Positions 1 through 8,350 of a stretch of DNA of 15,572 nt are shown piece after piece. Under the pieces are notes generated by a model. The model did not search any database. It was not told where the DNA came from and saw only the letters and a list, made by a program, of their open reading frames with translations. This stretch comes from an uncultured archaeon (lineage in GTDB: Archaea > Thermoproteota > Nitrososphaeria_A > Caldarchaeales > Wolframiiraptoraceae). Position numbers and translations under genes: made by a program. Location of the stretch: the NCBI GenBank assembly GCA_937974645.1, contig CALJVH010000035.1:1-15572 (forward strand), in the 5' to 3' direction. Each line of letters begins with the position of its first letter. Within the stretch, counting starts at the first letter, position 1.

Positions 1-2
1 CC

Positions 3-254
3 GCTACCTTTCTCTCGAAGCTCGGCTTCGCCCTCACCTTCCTAGCGCCCTTGCTACTCCTCGAACTCCAAGACGCGATAGCCGCAAATGTGGCCTGGGG
101 ATTTCTTCTCCTAGCCCTTCTAAGTTATAAGTTCGCGAGGGATCGAGGGGAAAGCTTTCCTAAAATTGCATCGGAACACCTGACCGCGGCCGCTGCAGTG
201 ATAATTATAGCACATTTCATCGGCGAGCTTGTCTCAGCATATCTAGGCGGATGA
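3..254 (+). CDS. 3' end of a membrane protein whose start lies upstream of the window; the tail resembles VIT1/CCC1-type Fe/Mn transporter C-termini
   Basis: The reading frame is open from base 3, with no stop before the listed TTG at 51. Translation gives two hydrophobic helices separated by a short charged loop (..FALTFLAPLLLLE..WGFLLLALLSYKFARDRGESFPK..AAAAVIIIAHFIGELVSAYLGG). The family call is pattern resemblance only. Confidence 0.4.
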   Translation, partial: ATFLSKLGFALTFLAPLLLLELQDAIAANVAWGFLLLALLSYKFARDRGESFPKIASEHLTAAAAVIIIAHFIGELVSAYLGG

Positions 255-271
255 ACCTAGCGTCCAGCAAC

Positions 272-281
272 AATTTATTTT
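272..281 (+). promoter_or_regulatory. TATA-like box (AATTTATTTT) about 25-30 nt upstream of the tmk ATG, suggesting a leaderless or short-leader transcript
   Basis: An A/T-only decamer sits at the spacing expected for an archaeal TATA box relative to the ATG at 305. Confidence 0.3.
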
Positions 282-304
282 GCTCAGGCGAGGTTCTATG
301 CTGA

Positions 305-901
305 ATGTCAGCTGGATTCCTAATAGCGTTAGAGGGTATTGACGGATCAGGGAAGACGACACAAGCAAAGCTACTTGTTAAATGGCTTAGGGGAAGGGGA
401 TTTGATGCGTACTATACCTATGAGCCGACTCGCGGGATATTTGGCAGAATTCTAAGATCTATGGCTTATAAGAGGGGTGTGGATCCGAGGATGGAGGCTC
501 TTCTCTTCGCCGCCGACAGGCTCCAGCATCTTGAGCATGTGATCGAGCCCCTCCTTGCAAGAGGCTTGATCGTGGTCTCGGACAGGTATCTTCATTCATC
601 GCTGGCGTATCAGTCGGTCACCACAGGGGATCAGGGGTGGGTTGAGGAACTTAATAGGTTCGCGAGAAGGCCTGACCTTGGAATATATCTCGACCTCGGT
701 GCTTCTGAGAGCCTTAGCAGGCTTAGGAAAAGAAGGAGGAGCCGATTCGAGGATGAGGATTTCTTAGAACATGTTAGAAGAAAATATCTCGAGTACGTGG
801 ATGAGGGGGAGCTAATCAAGGTGAATGCGGAGAAACCTGTGGCAGAGGTTTTCTCAGAAATCGCCTTGATCGTTGAGAGAGCCCTAAAAGGTGGGCGATA
901 G
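305..901 (+). CDS. tmk: thymidylate kinase (dTMP kinase)
   Basis: 198-aa ORF with the P-loop LEGIDGSGKTTQ near the N-terminus, the DRYLHSSLAYQ motif and a basic lid region (RLRKRRRSRFE). Length and motif order are typical of Tmk. Confidence 0.9.
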   Translation: MSAGFLIALEGIDGSGKTTQAKLLVKWLRGRGFDAYYTYEPTRGIFGRILRSMAYKRGVDPRMEALLFAADRLQHLEHVIEPLLARGLIVVSDRYLHSSLAYQSVTTGDQGWVEELNRFARRPDLGIYLDLGASESLSRLRKRRRSRFEDEDFLEHVRRKYLEYVDEGELIKVNAEKPVAEVFSEIALIVERALKGGR

Positions 902-2147
902 TGTTTTATCGAGCGCCAGTCTAGATCTCCTCGAGTTGCCCCTTAAGCTAATTAAGGATCCCGTTCATGGGTATATCGAGGTCTCGAGCGAGGAGCTTCA
1001 AGTAATTGATACTAGGGCTGTTCAGAGGCTTAGGAGGATAAGTCAGCTTCCATTAGTTTATTTAGTCTATCCGGGCGCTCGGCATAGCAGATTTGACCAC
1101 TCGCTTGGATGCATGCATCTCGCCGGAGAGTTTGCGAAGAGTCTTGGGCTGGATGAGTATAGGATGAAGGTTCTGAGGCTCGCTGGATTACTTCACGATG
1201 TCGGCCATACCCCCTACTCTCATCTCTTCGAGACAATTCTGGAGGAGGCTGGATCGAATCATGAGGCCATGACCGCGAAGATCCTCCGGGAGGATTCCGA
1301 GCTTGCTGAGGCGATTGAGAAATGCAGTATCACCCTGAAGGATATTCTTTATGTGGTGGAAGGAAGGGCTCCGGAATCCACGATAATCAGTGGGCCAATA
1401 GATGCTGACAAGCTCGATTTTCTCGTGCGCGACTCATATTTCACGGGCGCGCCCTACGGCTTAATCGATGTTAGGAGGATTGTTCTCAGGAGCAGGCTGG
1501 TTAATAACAAGCTTGCGATCAACATAAATGCGGTGGGAGCTGTTGAGGAGATGGCCCTGGCGAGATACCAGAACTACATGAACATTTACCTTCATCATAC
1601 CGCGAGAGCCGCTCAGATACTCTTCCTATCGGGTGCCAAGCTCTTGGATGAGATTTCAGGATTCCCAGATATGAGCGTCGAGGAGTATCTAAGTCATGAC
1701 GACTATACAATCTGGTGCATCATGAAGAACAACGATAAGACGCGATGGATTATAGATAGGATTGAGAGGAGGATTATACCGAAGGTCGCTTATGAACTAA
1801 GGCTCAGAGAGGGAGAAATTCCAGCGGAGGTTTTGAGAACCCCAGGGCAAGTTATAGATGAGATCTCCTCTCTCTCAGGAGCGCCAGAGGATAGAATTTG
1901 GATCGACACCCCATATATAACCTCCCTGCCATTCAGGAATAGTGAGGAGATAGTGTTCTATGAGGAGGGAGATGGCGGGCCCAGGCCCGTCGAATACTCA
2001 TCACCACTCTTAGAGTTCACCTCAACAATGTATGCCATAGTAAGGATTTATACTGATCCACCCTTTCTCGAGCAGGTCAGGCTTGCTTCAGAAAAATATT
2101 TTGGGGAAAGGATTAGGATTTTCTCCCAGAAATCCTCCGGTAAATAA
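891..2147 (+). CDS. HD-domain phosphohydrolase, dNTP triphosphohydrolase-like (dGTPase/SAMHD1-type fold)
   Basis: 418-aa ORF with the N-terminal KDPVHGYIE motif, then HSRFDHSLG, LLHDVGHTPYSH and DADKLDFLVRDS, the H..HD..D metal-binding set of this family. The GTG start overlaps the tmk stop by 11 nt. Confidence 0.8.
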   Translation: MGDSVLSSASLDLLELPLKLIKDPVHGYIEVSSEELQVIDTRAVQRLRRISQLPLVYLVYPGARHSRFDHSLGCMHLAGEFAKSLGLDEYRMKVLRLAGLLHDVGHTPYSHLFETILEEAGSNHEAMTAKILREDSELAEAIEKCSITLKDILYVVEGRAPESTIISGPIDADKLDFLVRDSYFTGAPYGLIDVRRIVLRSRLVNNKLAININAVGAVEEMALARYQNYMNIYLHHTARAAQILFLSGAKLLDEISGFPDMSVEEYLSHDDYTIWCIMKNNDKTRWIIDRIERRIIPKVAYELRLREGEIPAEVLRTPGQVIDEISSLSGAPEDRIWIDTPYITSLPFRNSEEIVFYEEGDGGPRPVEYSSPLLEFTSTMYAIVRIYTDPPFLEQVRLASEKYFGERIRIFSQKSSGK

Positions 2148-3024
2148 TGTAGACACCATAAGCTATCAGACTCAGGGGAGCTCCGACGATTATCAAGAAG
2201 ACAAGCCCGTATGCAACGTAAATTAGTGCCGCGATGGCAGCGACCAAGACTGGCGTGAAGTCTACCTTAGGATATGGGGATGGCTCCGGCGCGGGCTCCT
2301 CCGGCGTCCTTATCCAGATTGAGATCGTTGAGTATGAGGTCATGCGCTCAAGATTCTTCAGCTGAGCTTCGACTCTCTCTATCTCCCCCCTAATTCTCCA
2401 GAGCTCCTTCTCAATCATTATCAAGTCTTGAATGCTTTGAGCTTTCTCTACTGCCGCGAGAAGCCAGTCCTCCTCGGCGCGCAGGTTCCTCAGCCTCGCC
2501 TCAAGATCAATATACTGCTCAGTTGCATCCTGAACGTTCAAATCCTCGCTGATAACCCTGCCTATTCTCCTGACCTCCTTTAGAACCCTGTAGAACGCTA
2601 TCTCAGGAACCTTAACTATCATTGAGATCGACTTTTTCTCCCTGCCAGAGGTGCTCAGCTTAACAACATAGCCACCATATGATTCAACGATGACCATGAC
2701 TTTATCGGCGGTCGCTTCGGGATCCTCAGATTCGAGCTCGAGACTCGCGGCCTTTATTAGCATCCTAGCTGAGGGGTATTCTACCTCGCCCGTGAGCGCC
2801 ATCGTGGCTGTAGTTGTTGCCGCGGTCCTCGCAACCGCGAATATTGTGCCCTCCTGCTCAATCCTCGCAGCATCCGAGCTCATAATTGCTGACAACAACT
2901 TCATGCCAAGAGATTCGCCAGCTCGATTTATTTCAACCATGATCACCCTTATCGCGTATGACGCGACGAGCGCCGCAATAATCATAATGCAAATTATCGC
3001 AAAAAGCTTCCTACCCATTCTCAT
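2113..3024 (-). CDS. DUF4349-like membrane-anchored coiled-coil protein
   Basis: 303 aa with an N-terminal TM helix (LFAIICIMIIAALVASYAI). The central part reads VKVPEIAFYRVLKEVRRIGRVISEDLNVQDATEQYIDLEARLRNLRAEE..IEKELWRIRGEIERVEAQLKNLERMTSYSTISIWI, followed by C-terminal TM helices. This architecture is characteristic of DUF4349. Its 3' end overlaps the convergent HD gene by 35 nt. Confidence 0.7.
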   Translation of the reverse strand: MRMGRKLFAIICIMIIAALVASYAIRVIMVEINRAGESLGMKLLSAIMSSDAARIEQEGTIFAVARTAATTTATMALTGEVEYPSARMLIKAASLELESEDPEATADKVMVIVESYGGYVVKLSTSGREKKSISMIVKVPEIAFYRVLKEVRRIGRVISEDLNVQDATEQYIDLEARLRNLRAEEDWLLAAVEKAQSIQDLIMIEKELWRIRGEIERVEAQLKNLERMTSYSTISIWIRTPEEPAPEPSPYPKVDFTPVLVAAIAALIYVAYGLVFLIIVGAPLSLIAYGVYIIYRRISGRKS

Positions 3025-3093
3025 GCATAGTCCTAGGCCCAGCGCCTATATAATCACATGCTCACGAGCATTTTGTTCGCCTTCCTCGAACGC

Positions 3094-4569
3094 CTAAGCG
3101 AATTTTCTAAACTTTATTGAGAGATCACCGAGATTTACCAGGGACATGACCCCTACGGTAGGCTCTAATCCAATACTTCTCTGATAGCTTGTCTGCTCCT
3201 GCCAGGTTCCGGAGTTCACAATCCTTACGCCGCGATATGAGCCCACATAGGCCGCGTGGACGTGGCCCGAGTGGAATATGTGTGGAACCCTGTCTATCAC
3301 GAGGAGGTCTTCCGGCATCGGGATTATTGGTGTTGTCTCGCCGTAAATTGGGCAGAGATGCCTGCACTTGAGAAGGAGCTTCAGGGCTTCTCCAAGATCC
3401 GTCTCCAAACTGCTGTGCGAGAAGCTTATGACGTGTTGTATCACATCATCCAACCCTTGACCATGATAGATGAGAAATAATCTCCCCGCAAGCTTAATCC
3501 AAGCTGGATTTCCAACGAAGAAGAAACTCTTACCCGATTTCTTGAGAATTTTCTGATATTTCTCCGGGAGCGGGGGCTGAGGGAGGGCTCGCTGAACGGG
3601 ATCATGGTTCCCCGGGCCGATTATTATCCTCACGTGCTCTGGAATCTCAGATAGAAATCTTGACAGCTTCTCAAGCTGCTCCTCAACTGAGAAAATTTCG
3701 AGCTCCTTATGCTGATTCGGGTATACTCCAGCACCATCTATGAGGTCCCCTGCAATTATCAGAAATTTGACATCTTTGGCTTCTGGATCCCTTCCACGAT
3801 TAATCCAGTCCAGGAAGCTCTCAAATAGGTCTTCCCTGAAGTGCTTGCTTCCGGCATGTATATCGGAGATCATGCAGGCGGAGATGTTGATGCTTATTTT
3901 CTCCAAATGCTCGGCGGCCAAGTCCGGGAGGATCAGCTCCCTTCCAATGAGGGCGTCCCCGCTCTTCATGATCCTAGCCCCAAATACCATGTCTGGTAAT
4001 AGTAGCTCCGGGCTATCTCCCAAGACGGGCTCCTTAGGTACGATGATCTTATGCTCTCCGCTCGGATCGTCCACTCTAAGAATCCATACTTTCCTTGTTT
4101 CACGCTTCTCGAGGAGCATCACGATTACGTTGGCCTCCTGCGATTCCCGGAGCCTCATGGCTTCTCTTAACGAAACCACACTCCCAAGTCTCTCCCGAAG
4201 GAGGCCCGACAACTTCTCATATCTACTCGAGAAGTATCTCTGAAATTCCTCAGATGTGCCTTGAATTCTCCACTCCTTTAGAAAACGCTCGTCAACGTCT
4301 ATCATAAGCTCTTCAAGCAGTTCCACGGCTTCCTCTTTCTCGGCCATAACAGCTGGCTCTTGAGCCCCCTCCTTTGCTCCCAGCAATTTCATGAGCAACG
4401 ACTCATCAATGATCATTAGTCCGCTTTGCTCTAGCCTGCGCATAGCTTCCTCCAAGGTCTCAAGCGGTGCCTCGGCCTGCTCGAGAAGCCTTAGAGCCCC
4501 ACTCGTTACAGTATATCCTCTCGTCGTGGCCCTCTCGATAATCTTTCTCATTAATACCTCGCGTCTCAA
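3094..4569 (-). CDS. DNA polymerase II (PolD) small subunit DP1
   Basis: 491 aa with calcineurin-like phosphoesterase motifs DIHAGS, GDLIDG, GNHD and GHVH in canonical order in the C-terminal half, plus a helical N-terminal domain. It lies directly downstream of orc1/cdc6. Confidence 0.9.
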   Translation of the reverse strand: MRREVLMRKIIERATTRGYTVTSGALRLLEQAEAPLETLEEAMRRLEQSGLMIIDESLLMKLLGAKEGAQEPAVMAEKEEAVELLEELMIDVDERFLKEWRIQGTSEEFQRYFSSRYEKLSGLLRERLGSVVSLREAMRLRESQEANVIVMLLEKRETRKVWILRVDDPSGEHKIIVPKEPVLGDSPELLLPDMVFGARIMKSGDALIGRELILPDLAAEHLEKISINISACMISDIHAGSKHFREDLFESFLDWINRGRDPEAKDVKFLIIAGDLIDGAGVYPNQHKELEIFSVEEQLEKLSRFLSEIPEHVRIIIGPGNHDPVQRALPQPPLPEKYQKILKKSGKSFFFVGNPAWIKLAGRLFLIYHGQGLDDVIQHVISFSHSSLETDLGEALKLLLKCRHLCPIYGETTPIIPMPEDLLVIDRVPHIFHSGHVHAAYVGSYRGVRIVNSGTWQEQTSYQRSIGLEPTVGVMSLVNLGDLSIKFRKFA

Positions 4570-4592
4570 TGCTTTTCACAGTCCTTATGGCC

Positions 4593-5885
4593 TTATTGTC
4601 TCGCGACTGATGGCTTGTAATCTAGCAGAGCTGAGAGAAGCTCATCACCGCTTACAGCTTCCTCAATCTCATCGGGCGGTGTGAGAAGAACTATTCTACG
4701 CGTCCTACCATGCCTGCCCATATTCACTAGCTCGCTCTTCACGACGCCGAGCATGTCGAGTTCCGATATGAGGCTGCTAACCCTTCTATCCGTCAGGGGC
4801 TCTATACTAATGCGCTTACAAACCTCCTTATAGGTTTGGTAGACCATACCCGAGACCAGGCTGGGAACATTACTTCTCGTTAGGAGAAGCATGCTAACGA
4901 GCACGAGCTTGCTATGGAGCGGGAGGGTTGATATGGCCTCGAATATTCTGCCGCGCTCAATAATGTTCTGGGCGATTCTCACATGCTTCTCCTCCACCGT
5001 TTCATCTCCATTTCTCTCGGCTACCTCCGCGGCGACCCTAAGCAAGTCTATAGCCCTCCTCGCATCACCATGCTCGGATGCCGCCAACGCCGCGCAGAGG
5101 TTAATAACTTCCTGGGGCACCGCGCCCTTTCTGAAAGCAAGACTTGCCCTCTCGCTCAAAATGTCTATGAGCTCCGTGGCCGTATATGGGTGGAAGACGA
5201 GCTCCTCCTCGCTGAGGCTACTGAGAACCCTAGGATCCAAATAATCCTTGAAGTGTAGATCATTTGACGTCCCGATAATCGTGAGGCCGCATCCCTCCAT
5301 CCCCTCATTTATTCGGGAGAGCTCGTAGAGGAGGTTATCGCCATAGCTCTTCACCAGCGCATCTATCTCGTCAAAGCAGGCCACGAGCAGGATTTCTTTC
5401 TCCTTCAAGCTCCTTCTGAGCCTCGCGAAGACTTCCGCCTTCGCTAATCCCGTGAAAGGCACTTTAACGCCAATACTTTCACAAAGCTCCGCCAATACCC
5501 TATACTCCGTCCCAGCTATCCTGCAGTTAACATATGCGAAGGCAACTGGAAGATCCTCCTTGACAACAACCTCATGAAATCTTTTAAACACATATCGCAC
5601 CACCGCCGTTTTGCCGGTTCCGGTCTTGCCGTAAATGAATATATTGCTAGGCTTCGAGAGGCTTAAAGCGGGGGACAATATTTCACCAAGCCTCTCGATA
5701 TGCTCATCTCTATGTGGAAGCTTATCCGGAACATAATCGGATCTCATCACCTCCCTGTTCGTGAAAATCCTCGGCCTCTGGAGGGCCCTCTTTAAAACTT
5801 CCTCTAGAGGATCCCCTCCACCCCTAAATTTCTCATGGAGAGGCCCCTGATTTGATTGAGATCCTGTTGATGATTTTGTATTCAA
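4593..5885 (-). CDS. cdc6: Orc1/Cdc6 replication initiator (AAA+ with C-terminal winged helix)
   Basis: 430 aa with Walker A IYGKTGTGKT and Walker B LVACFDEIDAL, followed by a lid region and a winged-helix-like C-terminus (SELVNMGRHGRTRRI). It has an apparent TTG start and is adjacent to ORB-containing non-coding DNA. Confidence 0.92.
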   Translation of the reverse strand: MNTKSSTGSQSNQGPLHEKFRGGGDPLEEVLKRALQRPRIFTNREVMRSDYVPDKLPHRDEHIERLGEILSPALSLSKPSNIFIYGKTGTGKTAVVRYVFKRFHEVVVKEDLPVAFAYVNCRIAGTEYRVLAELCESIGVKVPFTGLAKAEVFARLRRSLKEKEILLVACFDEIDALVKSYGDNLLYELSRINEGMEGCGLTIIGTSNDLHFKDYLDPRVLSSLSEEELVFHPYTATELIDILSERASLAFRKGAVPQEVINLCAALAASEHGDARRAIDLLRVAAEVAERNGDETVEEKHVRIAQNIIERGRIFEAISTLPLHSKLVLVSMLLLTRSNVPSLVSGMVYQTYKEVCKRISIEPLTDRRVSSLISELDMLGVVKSELVNMGRHGRTRRIVLLTPPDEIEEAVSGDELLSALLDYKPSVARQ

Positions 5886-5931
5886 AGTAGCCCCTTAATG
5901 TAATTGAGACTAAGAGCTAATGAACCAGCTA

Positions 5932-5947
5932 CTCAAGAAATCTTGAG
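5932..5947. promoter_or_regulatory. Inverted repeat CTCAAGA-AA-TCTTGAG about 50-60 nt upstream of the orc1/cdc6 start; possible operator
   Basis: Perfect 7-bp arms with a 2-nt spacer, read directly. A related GAAATATCTTGA follows immediately. Confidence 0.25.
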
Positions 5948-6009
5948 AAATATCTTGAAGTTGATTTAAAGAAGCTGAGTAAGGGGTTTTTTCTTCGGCT
6001 GGCGCTTTT

Positions 6010-6030
6010 TTCCAGTGGAAATAGAGGGGT
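6010..6030 (+). repeat. Origin recognition box ORB-1: TTCCAGTGGAAATAGAGGGGT
   Basis: It matches the archaeal ORB pattern: dyad TCCAGTGGA core, A-run, and a downstream G-string GGGGT. Confidence 0.85.
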
Positions 6031-6152
6031 GCGGGTCTTTCAGCATAAACTTGAAACATTATAAAGCGTTCACATAGTGAAGAAGCCTGTGAAATCAAGC
6101 TCTTAACAAAGCCGAAAAATGTTTTTTCGAGCAAAGGAAGATAAAACGGCCT

Positions 6153-6171
6153 TTCCACTAGAAATTGAAGG
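6153..6171 (+). repeat. Degenerate ORB / mini-ORB: TTCCACTAGAAATTGAAGG
   Basis: It shares the TTCCA..GAAAT core with ORB-1 but has a weak G-string. It abuts ORB-2 head to head. Confidence 0.45.
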
Positions 6172-6172
6172 A

Positions 6173-6193
6173 ACCCCTCGTTTTCCGCTGGAA
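6173..6193 (-). repeat. Origin recognition box ORB-2 (inverted): reads TTCCAGCGGAAAACGAGGGGT on the minus strand
   Basis: The plus strand shows ACCCCTCGTTTTCCGCTGGAA. Its reverse complement matches ORB-1 in the core, A-run and G-string. Confidence 0.8.
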
Positions 6194-6377
6194 ACCGGCG
6201 GAGAACATTTTTCCTTTGTAGGAAGCTCTATACAAGTGTTGAGGAAAGGCGCCGCGCGATGCAAAACAGCTTTTCCCTCACACAATGCTACTAAGTTTTC
6301 ATAGTGATGAGCATCTTTTCTAGAAAAGCCATGCAGAGTAATCATTTTTTGGAATAAGTGGAGGAGGAGCGTTAGGA

Positions 6378-6390
6378 ATTTCCACTGCAA
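6378..6390 (-). repeat. mini-ORB: reads TTGCAGTGGAAATT on the minus strand
   Basis: The plus strand shows AATTTCCACTGCAA. It has the core only, with no G-string. Confidence 0.4.
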
Positions 6391-6507
6391 CAGGTGGATA
6401 GCATAATCTCCTCAACATTATTATTTGATTGCTTACGGATTTCCAGGGGATTCTAAGAGTATTACATAGGATACAGAATCATAGTGAAATGCGAATTCCT
6501 TCACCCT

Positions 6508-6879
6508 TTACTCGGTGAAGTATTTTCTGAGGTTTGATGCGAGTTCGAGGGCTTTTAAGAGGCCTATTAAGGTCTTTGTAAGGTCTTTTACTTCTTTTGG
6601 GTCTGCTGCGCGCTTTAACGCGATGTTCACCTCCTCGATCTTTGTGGTTAGGGTCTTCACAAGCTCGTTTAGCGTAATGCCCGTGAAGGTCTCCTCGATC
6701 TCTTCCTCGCTCGAGACCCTGATCACCCTCTTATCGCACTTCAGGCACCAGATCTGGCCCTTTATCTCGAAGAGGGGGCTATTGCAGACTGGGCATACAT
6801 CGGCGAGCATTTTCGCTCCACTCCTAAGAGCATCCGCCATTCTCCGCATATACTCAGCCTCATCCGAAGACATTGCCAC
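6508..6879 (-). CDS. UPF0148 / autoantigen-p27-like zinc-ribbon protein
   Basis: 123 aa. The N-terminal half carries CPVCNSPLF..(7)..WCLKCDK (two CxxC pairs) preceded by LRSGAKMLADV. The C-terminal half is helical. This layout is typical of the archaeal UPF0148 family. Confidence 0.65.
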   Translation of the reverse strand: MAMSSDEAEYMRRMADALRSGAKMLADVCPVCNSPLFEIKGQIWCLKCDKRVIRVSSEEEIEETFTGITLNELVKTLTTKIEEVNIALKRAADPKEVKDLTKTLIGLLKALELASNLRKYFTE

Positions 6880-6920
6880 AGAGCGCTCTCCACATTAATC
6901 TATAAAGATACTCCCAAGTA

Positions 6921-8312
6921 TTACTCCCAGGCCCTCCGAAGAGCCCTCTTGAGATATTTAATGGCTCCCGGGACTGCTCTCCTCAAGATGAAACATTTGT
7001 TCACGACGAGGTCTTTGAGCACGCGCTTCGGGTTCAGATAAAAGACGACGTAAGCCCAGAGAAGCAGTCTCTTAATTCTCTCAGGGGTTAGATAGAGGTT
7101 CTTCATTACCACGTCAAGGGTTGTGAACTTTCTCCAATTCATCGTTAAAAGCAGCTCCTCCTTCACGGCGATCTCCCAGAGCCTCGTCCCGGGGTAAGGT
7201 GTGGCTATTGTGAACTGGGCGAGGTCAACCCCTACCCTGTCGGCGAACGCTATCGTCGCCCTTATGTCCTCCTCCTTCTCATGCGGAAATCCCATGATGA
7301 ATGATCCTAGGGTGTTTAGCCCGGACTCCTTGGCGGCCCTCACAGCGTCCGTAGCCTGCCTCCTAGTTATCCCTTTTTCAATGAACCTGAGAGTCTCCTC
7401 TGAACCGGACTCTATACCGAAATAGATCGTGTGGGCGCCGGCCTTCCTCATAATCTCGCCGAGGTCTCTGCTAAAGGTATTGACCCTAGAAGAGGCGCTC
7501 CAGGATATATCGAGCCCCTCATTCATGATCATTCTAGATATCTCCTCCGCCCTGCTCATATTCAACGTGAATGTATCGTCGAGAAACTCGATCTCCCTAA
7601 CGCCATAATCGTACCTCAGAATCATCAGCTCCTCCAAGACCCTCTTGGGGCTGCAGGCCCTCCACCTCTTCCCGAACTGCAGGGATGACGAACAGAATAT
7701 GCAGCCATAGGGGCAGCCCCTCGAGGTGATCACGGCCGCGTACTTGGTCTTACCAATGGCGTACTTCTCCATGGGGAGGAGATCGTAGGCTGGTATCGGG
7801 AGCGCGTCTAGGTCCTTTATAAGCCCCCTCGAAGGATTCTCCCTTATCCTATCCCCAGCCCTATACGTAGCTCCCGCGACCCCCTCTAGATTTTTGCCGC
7901 ACTCAATTCTCTCGAGGATCTCCCTTAGGGTTTCTTCACCCTCACCTCTAACCACCACGTCAATATATGGGCACTCCTCAAGAACTTCGCGGGACATGAA
8001 TGTGGCGTGAGGTCCTCCCAGCAGGACTAATGTGTTCGGAGAATGCTCCTTGACCATTCTGGCCACTTCATATGCATCGTAGATTGCGGGTGTTGTGGCC
8101 GTGAGCCCGACAAGCTCGGGCTGAAGACCCTTGATCATGCTCGCTATATCCTGCATCCCTAAACCTTCCGTGGGGCCATCAATTATCCCGACCTTCCATC
8201 CCTGCTCTCTGGCGACCGCTGCGAGATACGCTAGGCCGAGAGGAGGACTAGATGCTCCTAAAACCTCCTTGACCACAGATCTGGTGGGCGGGGAGATGAA
8301 CAGGACACTCAA
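6921..8312 (-). CDS. B12-binding-domain radical SAM enzyme (class B type), substrate unknown
   Basis: 463 aa with an N-terminal Rossmann-like cobalamin-binding region (PLGLAYLAAV..VGLTATT..LLGGPHAT), then the radical SAM cluster motif CPYGCIFC (CxxxCxxC). Apparent TTG start. Confidence 0.8.
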   Translation of the reverse strand: MSVLFISPPTRSVVKEVLGASSPPLGLAYLAAVAREQGWKVGIIDGPTEGLGMQDIASMIKGLQPELVGLTATTPAIYDAYEVARMVKEHSPNTLVLLGGPHATFMSREVLEECPYIDVVVRGEGEETLREILERIECGKNLEGVAGATYRAGDRIRENPSRGLIKDLDALPIPAYDLLPMEKYAIGKTKYAAVITSRGCPYGCIFCSSSLQFGKRWRACSPKRVLEELMILRYDYGVREIEFLDDTFTLNMSRAEEISRMIMNEGLDISWSASSRVNTFSRDLGEIMRKAGAHTIYFGIESGSEETLRFIEKGITRRQATDAVRAAKESGLNTLGSFIMGFPHEKEEDIRATIAFADRVGVDLAQFTIATPYPGTRLWEIAVKEELLLTMNWRKFTTLDVVMKNLYLTPERIKRLLLWAYVVFYLNPKRVLKDLVVNKCFILRRAVPGAIKYLKRALRRAWE

Positions 8313-8350
8313 TATCCGTCAATTTTACGGCTCATCACATATACTTATTT

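Larger units (their letters stand above)
5990..6460. other. Probable chromosomal replication origin (oriC): inverted ORB elements flanking an A+T-enriched unwinding region
   Basis: This part of the 622-bp gap has no credible ORF and sits upstream of orc1/cdc6. It holds two strong ORBs in opposite orientation plus weaker mini-ORBs (listed separately). The stretch between them, 6031-6150, is A+T-enriched. Confidence 0.85.

Noticed and set aside
6304-6310. C/D-box sRNA suggested by GTGATGA in the origin region
   Set aside because: No CTGA D box or terminal stem lies within the following ~70 nt.
5910-6390. Three ORFs inside the orc1-upstream gap (5910-6158 minus, 6103-6390 minus, 6119-6304 plus)
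   Set aside because: They overlap one another and the ORB elements, have no motifs, and have odd composition (Phe/Ser/Lys-rich from A+T-rich DNA). The region is better explained as a non-coding origin.
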